A DNA stretch of 64,000 nt, from NCBI GenBank assembly GCA_021817345.1, contig JAKAVC010000134.1:4311-68310 (forward strand). Direction: 5' to 3'. The first letter of the stretch is position 1, and each line of letters begins with the position of its first letter. The position numbers and the translations under genes were made by a program. Shown here in pieces: positions 20,942-29,213 of this stretch. The stretch comes from Deltaproteobacteria bacterium. Its GTDB lineage: Bacteria > Desulfobacterota > Binatia > Binatales > Binataceae. The notes under the pieces are model-generated. The model saw only the letters and a program-made list of their open reading frames with translations, did not search any database and was not told where the DNA came from.

Positions 20942-21603
20942 CGGTCTTGACCAAGGTAAACGACTGCCGGGCCCGGTACCGGGCCACGGTCGAAATCAGA
21001 AATTCTATGCGCCGCAGGCTTTTTCAAGTTTCGAACTAGCTATCGAACCACACGGCGCACGCCGGGGCAAGCGCTCGCGCCCCGACAAATCCGAACCCCG
21101 CGAAGCATCGTACGCGAGGATGCAGCGTCGAGCGCGAGCCCGAGGATCACTCTTGGCGGCAGACTCTGGGTCCCCGAGGCGAGGCCATCAGGCTCGCTCA
21201 AGGCCCGCCGCGCGTTCTCGTGCTCGCGCCTCCCATCGCCAACTCGATGTCAACGGCTGACATCAAAGCGCATTAAAGGTAGCCGTTGAACATTTGCAAC
21301 AAGATAGGAGGTCGGGGTAGGTTTCTGCACGAAACACGGCTAAAGAAGCCAAAGGAAGCTGGGATAAGGCATCCTGACCAGCGCTGCCACGCCGCTCGCC
21401 GCCGGACGCTGACAAGCCATTTTTTCAGGTTCAGATGAAGCGGGGGAAGTTGCCCTCCACTAGGGGAGTCAAGGCAACGGCCTACCACAAACAAATACGG
21501 GAACGCGGCCCCCCACCAGGCATCCGAACAGCGCTCTCGCTGCATCTGTCAAGGAATAACCTGAGGAGGCCTTCGGACCTTCTGGGAAGCACAGGGGCAA
21601 ACA

Positions 21604-22215
21604 ATGAACAAGAAAAGATTTTCGTTAGGGCCGGTTTCGCTCTTTTTGGCCGCTTCGGGACTTTGCGGCTGCTACGCCGTGCCGGGCAAGGTGAGCGGCG
21701 GCGGATGGATGCCGTCTGCCTCTGGAACGCCGGGTCAAAAGGCGGTTTTCGGCTTCAACGGAGATTCATGCGATGGGCAGACGACGGGGCACATAACCTA
21801 CGTCGATAAGAACGCCAACGTCCCAGGCCTTAGTGGCGGAATCATGATGAGGAGCACGCAGATTCTTGAGGCAAAATTGTGCAATGGATCAACCTCAGGA
21901 ACTTTTAGCGGGGCGTGCTCATTATGTAGTTCGGCGCTCGAATCGGTTGGCGTAAGCGTTGCGCCGCCCGCCACGCCGCCCCCGATGTACGCGGTATTGT
22001 TTGACTATGCTTCGATGAATCCGGCGGTTGAAACTCCGACCCCGGCACCCGAAGCGCTTGTTTGCGCGATCGACAATGGGCAGGGAGGCACCGCCACCGG
22101 TGACGATTTTGTGCTGATCGGAGCGCAGCCGCCGTTCGGCAGCAGCAGTAGTGGCTCGATCCTCAATTTCGGCTACGCGGAAGGAAACATCAAAGCCCAT
22201 AGTTGCGGGCAGTGA
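21604..22215 (+). CDS. hypothetical Cys-rich exported protein or lipoprotein
   Basis: RBS AGGGG, basic N-terminus, hydrophobic core and lipobox-like LCGC; 8 Cys; no family recognised. Confidence 0.7.
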   Translation: MNKKRFSLGPVSLFLAASGLCGCYAVPGKVSGGGWMPSASGTPGQKAVFGFNGDSCDGQTTGHITYVDKNANVPGLSGGIMMRSTQILEAKLCNGSTSGTFSGACSLCSSALESVGVSVAPPATPPPMYAVLFDYASMNPAVETPTPAPEALVCAIDNGQGGTATGDDFVLIGAQPPFGSSSSGSILNFGYAEGNIKAHSCGQ

Positions 22216-22358
22216 ATCCCGGGCGTGGCCCCGAGGCCCGGCTGGCCTGAAACGGCGGCAATTCGTACCGAAAACACCAGTAGACGGAAACTTTCAACTC
22301 CACGAGGCTAATCGAGTTCAACCCAATCATCCTGGGCTGACCGAACGGGAGCGGCAGT

Positions 22359-22394
22359 CGGGCGGAGGTAACACGCCTCCGCCCGCGTTCTTTT
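22359..22394 (+). terminator. probable intrinsic terminator
   Basis: CGGGCGGAGG-TAACACG-CCTCCGCCCG followed by CGTTCTTTT. Confidence 0.6.
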
Positions 22395-22556
22395 CGCCGA
22401 TTTCGCCTGAACCCGCCAGCGCGCAACGACAGACGCACGCATAACCTAGTGCGTGCCCCTGTCGCCTTCTCCGACCGCCGCAATTCCTGTCCCGTGCCGA
22501 CTTGTCGGCCACTCCCCGAAGAGGGCGTGCGATGATAACCTCATAGGTGCTCCGCC

Positions 22557-23939
22557 GTGTACGTCCAGGACACGATCGTCGCGCCCGCAACCGCGCCCGG
22601 CCAGGGCGCCGTCGCGATCGTCCGCCTTTCAGGACCACGTGCGCTCGCGATTCTCGACTCGCTATGGAAGCCGCTTCGCTCCGGCATCAAACCCGAGCCG
22701 CGGAAGATGGTCCTGGGTGAGATTATCGATCCGGCGACGGGCGCCATCCTCGATCGCGCGATAGCCGTCCGCATGCCCGCTCCTCGCACCTTCACCGGCG
22801 AGGATGTCGCGGAGCTTCATTGCCACGGCGGCATGTACCTCGTTCGGCGAATCCTCGCAGCCGCGATGGCGGCCGGGGCGCGGATGGCCGAGCCGGGCGA
22901 GTTCACCCGCCGCGCGTTTCTGAATGGGCGTATCGATCTGACCGAAGCCGAAGCGATCGCGGACCTCGTGGCCGCCCGCAGCGAAGGCGCGCTAAGGCTG
23001 GCTCTCGGCCAGATGGCCGGTGCTCTCAGCGGAAAAATAGCAAAGCTCAGGGATCAGCTCGTCTCCATCCGCGCGCATCTCGAGGCCGAGATAGATTTCG
23101 CCGACGAGGACCTGGATCTCCCGTCCCGTGGCGAAATTGCATCATCGATTGGGAGGCTCGCCGACGATGTAGCGATTTTGCATCAGAGCTTCGTGGTCGG
23201 CCGGATCACGCGCGAGGGCGCGCGCGCCGTCATCCTGGGAAAGCCCAACGTCGGCAAGTCCAGCGTGCTCAACCTGATTCTCGGAGTCGAGCGTGCGATC
23301 GTCACCGCCGTCCCCGGCACCACCCGCGACGTGATCGAGGACTCGATTCAGCTCGGTCCCTTGCAGCTCGTCCTGCAGGACACCGCCGGCGTTCGCGAAA
23401 GGGCCGATGAGGTCGAAAGTATCGGAATTTCGCGGACTTTCAGCTCGCTCGCCGAGGCCGACCTGGTCCTCGCCGTGTTCGACTCGGCCCGTCCGCTCGA
23501 CGCCGAGGACGCTATGGTTATCGAGCGATGCCGCGGGCGAAGCGGCGTCGCTCTGCTTAACAAGCGCGACCTGCCGCCCGTCACAAGCGCGGAGAATCTC
23601 CGCTCGGCTGGGCTCGCGATGCCGATAGTTCCGTTCTCGGCGCTTCGTGGCGAGGGACTTGAATCGCTACGCACGGAGATCGCACGGCTGGTCGAGGAGA
23701 TGGCCGCGCCGGGGCTTGCCTCGGGCGTCGCAATCTCCCGCGAACGCCATCGCGCCTCGCTTGACCGCGCGCTAAAGGCGCTTTCGGCGGCGCAAGAGAG
23801 CCTTCGGTCCGCGATGCCGCCCGAGATCGTCGCGGTCGACGTCGCGGCGGCCGCCGACGCACTCGGCGAAATCACCGGGGAGATCCATCGCGAGGACATC
23901 TTGGACGCGATTTTCCGCGAATTCTGCATCGGAAAATGA
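22557..23939 (+). CDS. mnmE: tRNA modification GTPase MnmE
   Basis: Motifs DTIVAPAT, GEFTRRAFLNG, GKPNVGKSS, GTTRDV and C-terminal FCIGK. Confidence 0.97.
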   Translation: MYVQDTIVAPATAPGQGAVAIVRLSGPRALAILDSLWKPLRSGIKPEPRKMVLGEIIDPATGAILDRAIAVRMPAPRTFTGEDVAELHCHGGMYLVRRILAAAMAAGARMAEPGEFTRRAFLNGRIDLTEAEAIADLVAARSEGALRLALGQMAGALSGKIAKLRDQLVSIRAHLEAEIDFADEDLDLPSRGEIASSIGRLADDVAILHQSFVVGRITREGARAVILGKPNVGKSSVLNLILGVERAIVTAVPGTTRDVIEDSIQLGPLQLVLQDTAGVRERADEVESIGISRTFSSLAEADLVLAVFDSARPLDAEDAMVIERCRGRSGVALLNKRDLPPVTSAENLRSAGLAMPIVPFSALRGEGLESLRTEIARLVEEMAAPGLASGVAISRERHRASLDRALKALSAAQESLRSAMPPEIVAVDVAAAADALGEITGEIHREDILDAIFREFCIGK

Positions 23940-24054
23940 ACGGAAATTACGCGAGAAATCACCGAAGTATAACAAGATAGATATATTATTCTACTTATAG
24001 TATGGTCAAGCTTGCCGGGTGCCTGCGGCCCGTAATAATCTGGGCCTTCTCCCT

Positions 24055-25917
24055 ATGACTTACGACGTTATCGTGGTCGGCGCCGGACACGCCGGGATCG
24101 AGGCGTCGCTCGCCGCCTCCCGGATGGGCGCGCGAACGCTGATGCTCACGCTCAACCTCGACCATATCGGCCAGATGTCGTGCAACCCGGCGATAGGCGG
24201 GATCGGCAAAGGGCACTTGGTTCGGGAGATCGACGCACTCGGCGGGGAGATGGGCGTCGCGATCGACGAGACCGGTATCCAGTTCCGCTTCCTCAATACC
24301 CGCAAGGGACCCGCCGTGCGCGCGCGCAGGGCCCAGGCCGACAAGGCCGCCTACCGCGCCCGGATGAAGCGCGTGCTCGAGTCCACACCCAATTTGCAAA
24401 TACGCCAGGCCAGTATCGAACGGTTGATAGTCGAAAACCGACACGTTGTCGGTGTTGAGTCGCAAATCGGCGAGACCTTCATGGCCCGTTCGGTTGTGCT
24501 CACTACCGGAACGTTCCTGAAGGGACTGATTCACGTGGGCGAGCGCAATTATCCCGCCGGACGAGCGGGCGATTTCGCCGCGATGGGGCTGAGCGAGCAT
24601 CTGCGCGAACTCGGCTTCAGAATCGGCCGGCTCAAGACCGGAACCTGTCCGCGGCTCGACGGGCGCACTATCGATTACTCGGAGCTGGAAGTTCAGCCCG
24701 GCGATGACCCGCCGCCGCCGTTCTCCTTTCGCACTGCACGTATCGAGCAGGCGCAGATTCCCTGCCATCTTACGTTTACCAACGCGGAAACCCATCGGAT
24801 AATCCGCGAGAATATCGGCCGCTCGCCGATGTACTCGGGCGTTATCCAGAGCCGCGGACCGCGCTATTGCCCGTCGGTCGAAGACAAGGTGATGCGCTTC
24901 GCGGGCAAGGAGCGGCATCAGATTTTCCTCGAACCCGAGGGACGCGATACGGTCGAGGTCTATCCCAACGGGCTTTCGACCAGCCTGCCGTTCGACGTGC
25001 AACTCGCGATGGTGCGCTCGATAAAGGGCCTTGAACGAGCGGAGGTGATGCGCCCGGGATATGCGATCGAATACGATTTCGCGGACCCCACCCAGTTGAA
25101 TTCATCCCTCGAAACCCGGCTGGTCGCGGGACTTTTCTTTGCCGGGCAGATAAACGGCACCACCGGCTACGAGGAAGCGGCTGCGCAAGGACTTATTGCC
25201 GGAATAAACGCGGCGCTTTCGGTAAGAAACGAGCCGGCGCTGATTCTTGGGCGTGATCAGGCGTATATCGGCGTGATGATCGACGACCTGGTAACGCGCG
25301 GAATCGGCGGAGAGCCGTACCGGATGTTCACCTCGCGGGCCGAATACCGGCTTGTTCTGCGCGAAGACAACGCCGATCGGCGGCTCATGCCAATAGGCGA
25401 ACGGCTGGGACTTGTCGGTGCGGCCGCAAGCGAGCGGCTTCGGCGAAAAAGCGAGCTGGTTGGCGCGGAAATCGAGCGCTTGCGGGCGGCGCTGGTTGCG
25501 AATAGCGACGAAAACAACGCAATTTTGCGGCAAAGTGGGTCATCGCCGATAAGCCAGGCGGTCCGCGCGATAGAACTGCTCAGGCGGCCGGAAATTTCAT
25601 ACGCAGTCGCGCTCAGGATGGCTGGGCTTGAGCCGATCCTCGACTTCGACCAGGCGGCGGAGCTGGAAATCGAGATCAAATACGACGGATACGTGCGCCG
25701 GCAGTTGGAGGCGGTCGAGCGCTTCAAACGGCTTGAGGATACTCCGATACCCAATTGGGTCGATTTTCACGCCGTGCAGGGCCTGTCGACTGAAGCGCGA
25801 GAGCGGCTGTCGAGGTCGCGTCCGCGATCGCTTGGGCAGGCGGCGCGGATGCCGGGAATCACGCCTGCGGCGGTTTCGCTGCTGGCGGTGCATTTGAAGG
25901 CCGGGCACGGACGCTGA
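24055..25917 (+). CDS. mnmG: tRNA uridine 5-carboxymethylaminomethyl modification enzyme MnmG (GidA)
   Basis: Motifs YDVIVVGAGHAG, MSCNPAIGG, GPRYCPSVEDK and AGQINGTTGYEEAAAQG. Confidence 0.98.
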   Translation: MTYDVIVVGAGHAGIEASLAASRMGARTLMLTLNLDHIGQMSCNPAIGGIGKGHLVREIDALGGEMGVAIDETGIQFRFLNTRKGPAVRARRAQADKAAYRARMKRVLESTPNLQIRQASIERLIVENRHVVGVESQIGETFMARSVVLTTGTFLKGLIHVGERNYPAGRAGDFAAMGLSEHLRELGFRIGRLKTGTCPRLDGRTIDYSELEVQPGDDPPPPFSFRTARIEQAQIPCHLTFTNAETHRIIRENIGRSPMYSGVIQSRGPRYCPSVEDKVMRFAGKERHQIFLEPEGRDTVEVYPNGLSTSLPFDVQLAMVRSIKGLERAEVMRPGYAIEYDFADPTQLNSSLETRLVAGLFFAGQINGTTGYEEAAAQGLIAGINAALSVRNEPALILGRDQAYIGVMIDDLVTRGIGGEPYRMFTSRAEYRLVLREDNADRRLMPIGERLGLVGAAASERLRRKSELVGAEIERLRAALVANSDENNAILRQSGSSPISQAVRAIELLRRPEISYAVALRMAGLEPILDFDQAAELEIEIKYDGYVRRQLEAVERFKRLEDTPIPNWVDFHAVQGLSTEARERLSRSRPRSLGQAARMPGITPAAVSLLAVHLKAGHGR

Positions 25918-25924
25918 TAGGTGA

Positions 25925-26659
25925 TTGTTTCACGTGAAACGGCCGCGCGAGATCCAGACCGAGAATGCTCCGTGCATAATCGGCGCCGCGGTTCGCGAGC
26001 GCGTGATCGAGCGCTTGGTAAAATTCGGCTATAGGCCCGCCGAACCAGAGAAATTCCCCGAACGGATCGCCAAATTCGCCGAAAACCTGGCACTCTGGGG
26101 CGCAACGACCAGCCTCACTGCCCGTCCCGAAGACCCGGCCGAAATAGCCTTCCATGTAATTGACAGCCTGATGCCGGCGGTTATCGCGGCGGGACCGGAG
26201 CCCGGGCTGTTGGCGGCGGCGTTTGACGCCGGTCGCAGGGTGCTCGACGTGGGAAGTGGAGCCGGGTTTCCGGGCCTGATTCTCGCCGCAGCCACGCAGG
26301 CGGCGTTTACCCTGGCAGAGTCGCGGCGCAAGCGCGCGAGCTTTCTCTCGGTCGCAGCCGCCGAGATGGGACTGGTCAATGTCACTATCGAAACTGCCCA
26401 TATCACGCCCTCGCGATGCGTGCCCGAGTTCGACGTGGTCACTGCGCGGGCGGTTGGCGAACCGGGCGCGTTCTATGCGCTCGCGGGCGGCACGCTTCGT
26501 CCCTCGGGCCTTGCGATACTCTACGCAAGCCCCTCGCAACGGCTGAGCCTTGCCGCGGCAGGCGTGGCCGGACTGAGCGGATATACGCGGCGGCTTTACG
26601 CGGTCGAGCGCGACGGCGTGACAGTCGAAAGAGTGCTCGCGATCTGGCGCAAGAGCTGA
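25925..26659 (+). CDS. rsmG: 16S rRNA m7G527 methyltransferase RsmG (GidB); start uncertain
   Basis: Motifs HVIDSL, VLDVGSGAGFPG and FDVVTARAV; located between mnmG and parA. Confidence 0.92.
   Translation: MFHVKRPREIQTENAPCIIGAAVRERVIERLVKFGYRPAEPEKFPERIAKFAENLALWGATTSLTARPEDPAEIAFHVIDSLMPAVIAAGPEPGLLAAAFDAGRRVLDVGSGAGFPGLILAAATQAAFTLAESRRKRASFLSVAAAEMGLVNVTIETAHITPSRCVPEFDVVTARAVGEPGAFYALAGGTLRPSGLAILYASPSQRLSLAAAGVAGLSGYTRRLYAVERDGVTVERVLAIWRKS
25926..25941. promoter_or_regulatory. parS centromere site 1
   Basis: TGTTTCACGTGAAACG matches the consensus TGTTTCACGTGAAACA at 15 of 16 positions. Confidence 0.93.
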
Positions 26660-26765
26660 CCGCAGGGGCATGTCGCGAAAAGTGCAACCAGATCGCGGAA
26701 TTGGCAGACCCGCGCTGGTAAAGGTTTGATTTTGCGGACGGCTCGCGTAGATTAAGTTCACGTCG

Positions 26766-26789
26766 GTGCGGTTTCACGTGAAACCGCAC
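26766..26789. promoter_or_regulatory. parS centromere site 2 (24-bp perfect palindrome)
   Basis: GTGCGGTTTCACGTGAAACCGCAC, containing the parS core GTTTCACGTGAAAC. Confidence 0.93.
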
Positions 26790-26816
26790 GCGCCGGATCT
26801 CGATGCGGGGTTGGAA

Positions 26817-27608
26817 GTGGGGCGGGTAATAGCGATCGCGAACCAGAAGGGTGGCGTCGGCAAGACGACCACCGCGATCAATCTGGCGGTCGCTCTCTCC
26901 CAGGCGGGACGCAGCGTTCTCCTCGTCGACCTCGATCCGCAAGGCAATGCCACTTCGGGTCTTGTTTCATCTCCAGAGGCCCGCGAAGAAATCCGACAAC
27001 GCAAGAGTATCTATCAGGCACTCGTCCTCGACGTGCCACTCTCCGAGATAGTCCTTCAAGTCCGGCCCAGCCTGGTTCTTGCGGCCGCCGGTCCCGAGTT
27101 GGTCGGCGCCGAGATAGAGCTTGTCACGATGGAAGGCCGGGAACGACGGCTGCTGGCGTTGTTAGGTGCGGATGCACGGCAATATAACTATGTTTTATTA
27201 GATACGCCGCCGTCGCTCGGCCTCCTTACGCTGAACGCCCTGGTCGCTGCCGACTCAGTGTTGGTGCCGATGCAATGCGAGTACTATGCGCTCGAAGGGC
27301 TCACTTCCTTGCTTGGAACCATCGGGCGCGTGCAGTCGAGGTTTCGCCCAACCCTCGAAATCGAAGGCCTGGTGCTCACGATGTTCGACGCGCGCAACCG
27401 CCTCAGCCACGAGATTTCTCGCGAAGTCAGGGAGCATTTTCCGCACAAGGTTTTCAAGACCGTGATACCGCGCAACGTGAGACTCTCGGAGAGCCCGAGT
27501 CACGGCCTTTCCGTGCTCGAGTACGAACCCAGGTCGGCTGGCGCCGAAAGTTACCGGGCGCTGGCCCAGGAGATTTTGGCGCGCGAAGACGCCGTCGGTA
27601 TCCATTAA
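26817..27608 (+). CDS. parA: chromosome partitioning ATPase ParA/Soj
   Basis: Motifs IANQKGGVGKTTT, DLDPQGNATSG and IPRNVRLSESPSHG. Start set at GTG 26817. Confidence 0.96.
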   Translation: MGRVIAIANQKGGVGKTTTAINLAVALSQAGRSVLLVDLDPQGNATSGLVSSPEAREEIRQRKSIYQALVLDVPLSEIVLQVRPSLVLAAAGPELVGAEIELVTMEGRERRLLALLGADARQYNYVLLDTPPSLGLLTLNALVAADSVLVPMQCEYYALEGLTSLLGTIGRVQSRFRPTLEIEGLVLTMFDARNRLSHEISREVREHFPHKVFKTVIPRNVRLSESPSHGLSVLEYEPRSAGAESYRALAQEILAREDAVGIH

Positions 27609-27620
27609 GGAGGACAGGAG

Positions 27621-28538
27621 ATGATTCGTAAGCCTTTGGGCCGCGGTCTGGACGCTCTTATCGGAGGCGGCGACGGCGAGAACGCTGCTCGGCCGCGCGA
27701 GGCAGGCCCGGGCGTTACGATGACGCCGGTGGCGCAGATTCTTCCCGGTCCCTATCAGCCGCGCCAGAGTTTCAACCCCGAGCGTCTCGAGGAGTTGCGC
27801 CGCGCGATCGAGAGCCAGGGAGTAATCGAGCCGTTGATTGTCCGCCGCGCGGCAAGCGCGGCCGACGGCCCGCGCTACGAATTGATCGCCGGTGAGCGCA
27901 GGTTGCGCGCGGCCCGCGCCGCCGGACTCGAAACCGTGCCGGTCATCGTGCGCGAGCTTAACGACCGCGCGGCGCTCGAGATGTCGCTGGTCGAGAACCT
28001 CGCGCGCGAGGAACTGAACGCGGTCGAGGAAGGGCGGGCATTCGCCCGCCTGAGCCGCGAGTTCGGGCTCAGCCACGATCAGATTGCGGCGCGAATCGGC
28101 AAAAGCCGCCCGCACGTGAGCAACGCTATCCGGCTTCTTGACCTGCCCGAGCCAGTGCTCGAAATGATCGCCGAGGGAAGGCTGAGCGCGGGACAGGCCC
28201 GGCCGCTGCTTGCGCTGCCGAGCGCCGAGGCGCGCCTTTCGGCGGCCCGCAGGATAGTCGAAGGCGGAATCAACGCGCGCGGCGCGGAGGAGATCGCTTC
28301 GGCCCATCGCCGGCGCAACGGCGGCGCGTCGCACGGCGCCAGTCACGCTTCCGATCCCAATCTGAACGCGCTTGTCGAGGAGCTGCAGCGCGCGCTCAAA
28401 CGCAAGGTCCGGGTGGTTCGCCGGCGCGGAAAAACTCCTGGCCGCCTGGAGCTCGATTACTACGACGACAACGATTTGACGGCGCTGGCGGCGATGCTCG
28501 CGGCCGCCGGTTCGCGCCTCGCCTCCGCGCATCAATGA
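27621..28538 (+). CDS. parB: chromosome partitioning protein ParB/Spo0J
   Basis: Motifs LGRGLDALI, YQPR, IAGERRLRA and ENLARE, plus an HTH. Confidence 0.96.
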   Translation: MIRKPLGRGLDALIGGGDGENAARPREAGPGVTMTPVAQILPGPYQPRQSFNPERLEELRRAIESQGVIEPLIVRRAASAADGPRYELIAGERRLRAARAAGLETVPVIVRELNDRAALEMSLVENLAREELNAVEEGRAFARLSREFGLSHDQIAARIGKSRPHVSNAIRLLDLPEPVLEMIAEGRLSAGQARPLLALPSAEARLSAARRIVEGGINARGAEEIASAHRRRNGGASHGASHASDPNLNALVEELQRALKRKVRVVRRRGKTPGRLELDYYDDNDLTALAAMLAAAGSRLASAHQ

Positions 28539-29125
28539 AGAACGGCCCGCCGGCGGGAGCGCGCCCCCTGCGGCGATGCGCCTGGGCGCGCGGCGATCTC
28601 GCGCTTGCCTATCATGACGAGGAATGGGGCGTTCCGCTCCACGACGACCGGCGCCTGTTCGAGTTCCTGGTGCTCGAAGGAGCGCAGGCCGGGCTTAGCT
28701 GGGACACGATTCTTCGAAAGCGCGAGAATTACCGAAAGGCGTTCGCCCGGTTCGATCCCGAGACGGTTGCGCGGTTCGACGAGCGCGCGGTGAAGCGCCT
28801 GCTCGCCGATCCGGGAATCGTCCGCAACCGTCTGAAGATACTTTCGGCGATTCGAAACGCCGAAGCGTTTCTTCGCGTGCGCGACGAGTTCGGAAGCTTC
28901 GACGCCTACATCTGGCGGTTCGTCGAGGGGAGTCCGAAGCGCAACGCGTGGCGCTCGGCGAAGCAGATTCCCGCACGCACCGCGGAGTCCGACGCGATGA
29001 GCAAGGAGCTCAAGCGCCGCGGCTTCAATTTCGTCGGCTCAACCATCTGCTACGCCTTCATGCAGGCGGTCGGGATGGTGAACGATCACCTGGTGGGCTG
29101 CTTCCGCTACCGCGAGATTCGCTGA
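28535..29125 (+). CDS. tag: DNA-3-methyladenine glycosylase I
   Basis: Motifs RCAW, YHDEEWG, LEGAQAGLSW, GIVRNRLKI and MQAVGMVNDHLVGC. Confidence 0.96.
   Translation: MKNGPPAGARPLRRCAWARGDLALAYHDEEWGVPLHDDRRLFEFLVLEGAQAGLSWDTILRKRENYRKAFARFDPETVARFDERAVKRLLADPGIVRNRLKILSAIRNAEAFLRVRDEFGSFDAYIWRFVEGSPKRNAWRSAKQIPARTAESDAMSKELKRRGFNFVGSTICYAFMQAVGMVNDHLVGCFRYREIR
28823..28864 (+). repeat. 42-bp imperfect direct repeat, copy 1 (inside tag)
   Basis: CGCAACCGTCTGAAGATACTTTCGGCGATTCGAAACGCCGAA; 39/42 identical to 34360..34401. Confidence 0.9.
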
Positions 29126-29213
29126 TCGGAGCATGCCAAACGGGGTAGGCTGTGGACCTCGTTCTATCGAGTCGATAAGAGTCCCTAGTTCGCGCCAGCG
29201 CCTCGCCGCTCTT

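Noticed and set aside
21132-21229. GC-rich fold-back (GCGCGAGC...GCTCGCGC) considered as SRP RNA or another ncRNA
   Set aside because: It lacks the SRP domain IV signature on either strand and has no clear promoter; such pairing is common at this GC content.
21282-21294. 13-bp match GCCGTTGAACATT to the reverse complement of 63863..63875
   Set aside because: Matches of this length are expected by chance in a 64-kb window, so it is not enough to claim a shared regulon.
26766-26816. N-terminal MRFHVK extension of ParA, similar to MFHVK in RsmG
   Set aside because: The similarity comes from translating the parS palindrome. The ParA start is more plausibly GTG 26817.
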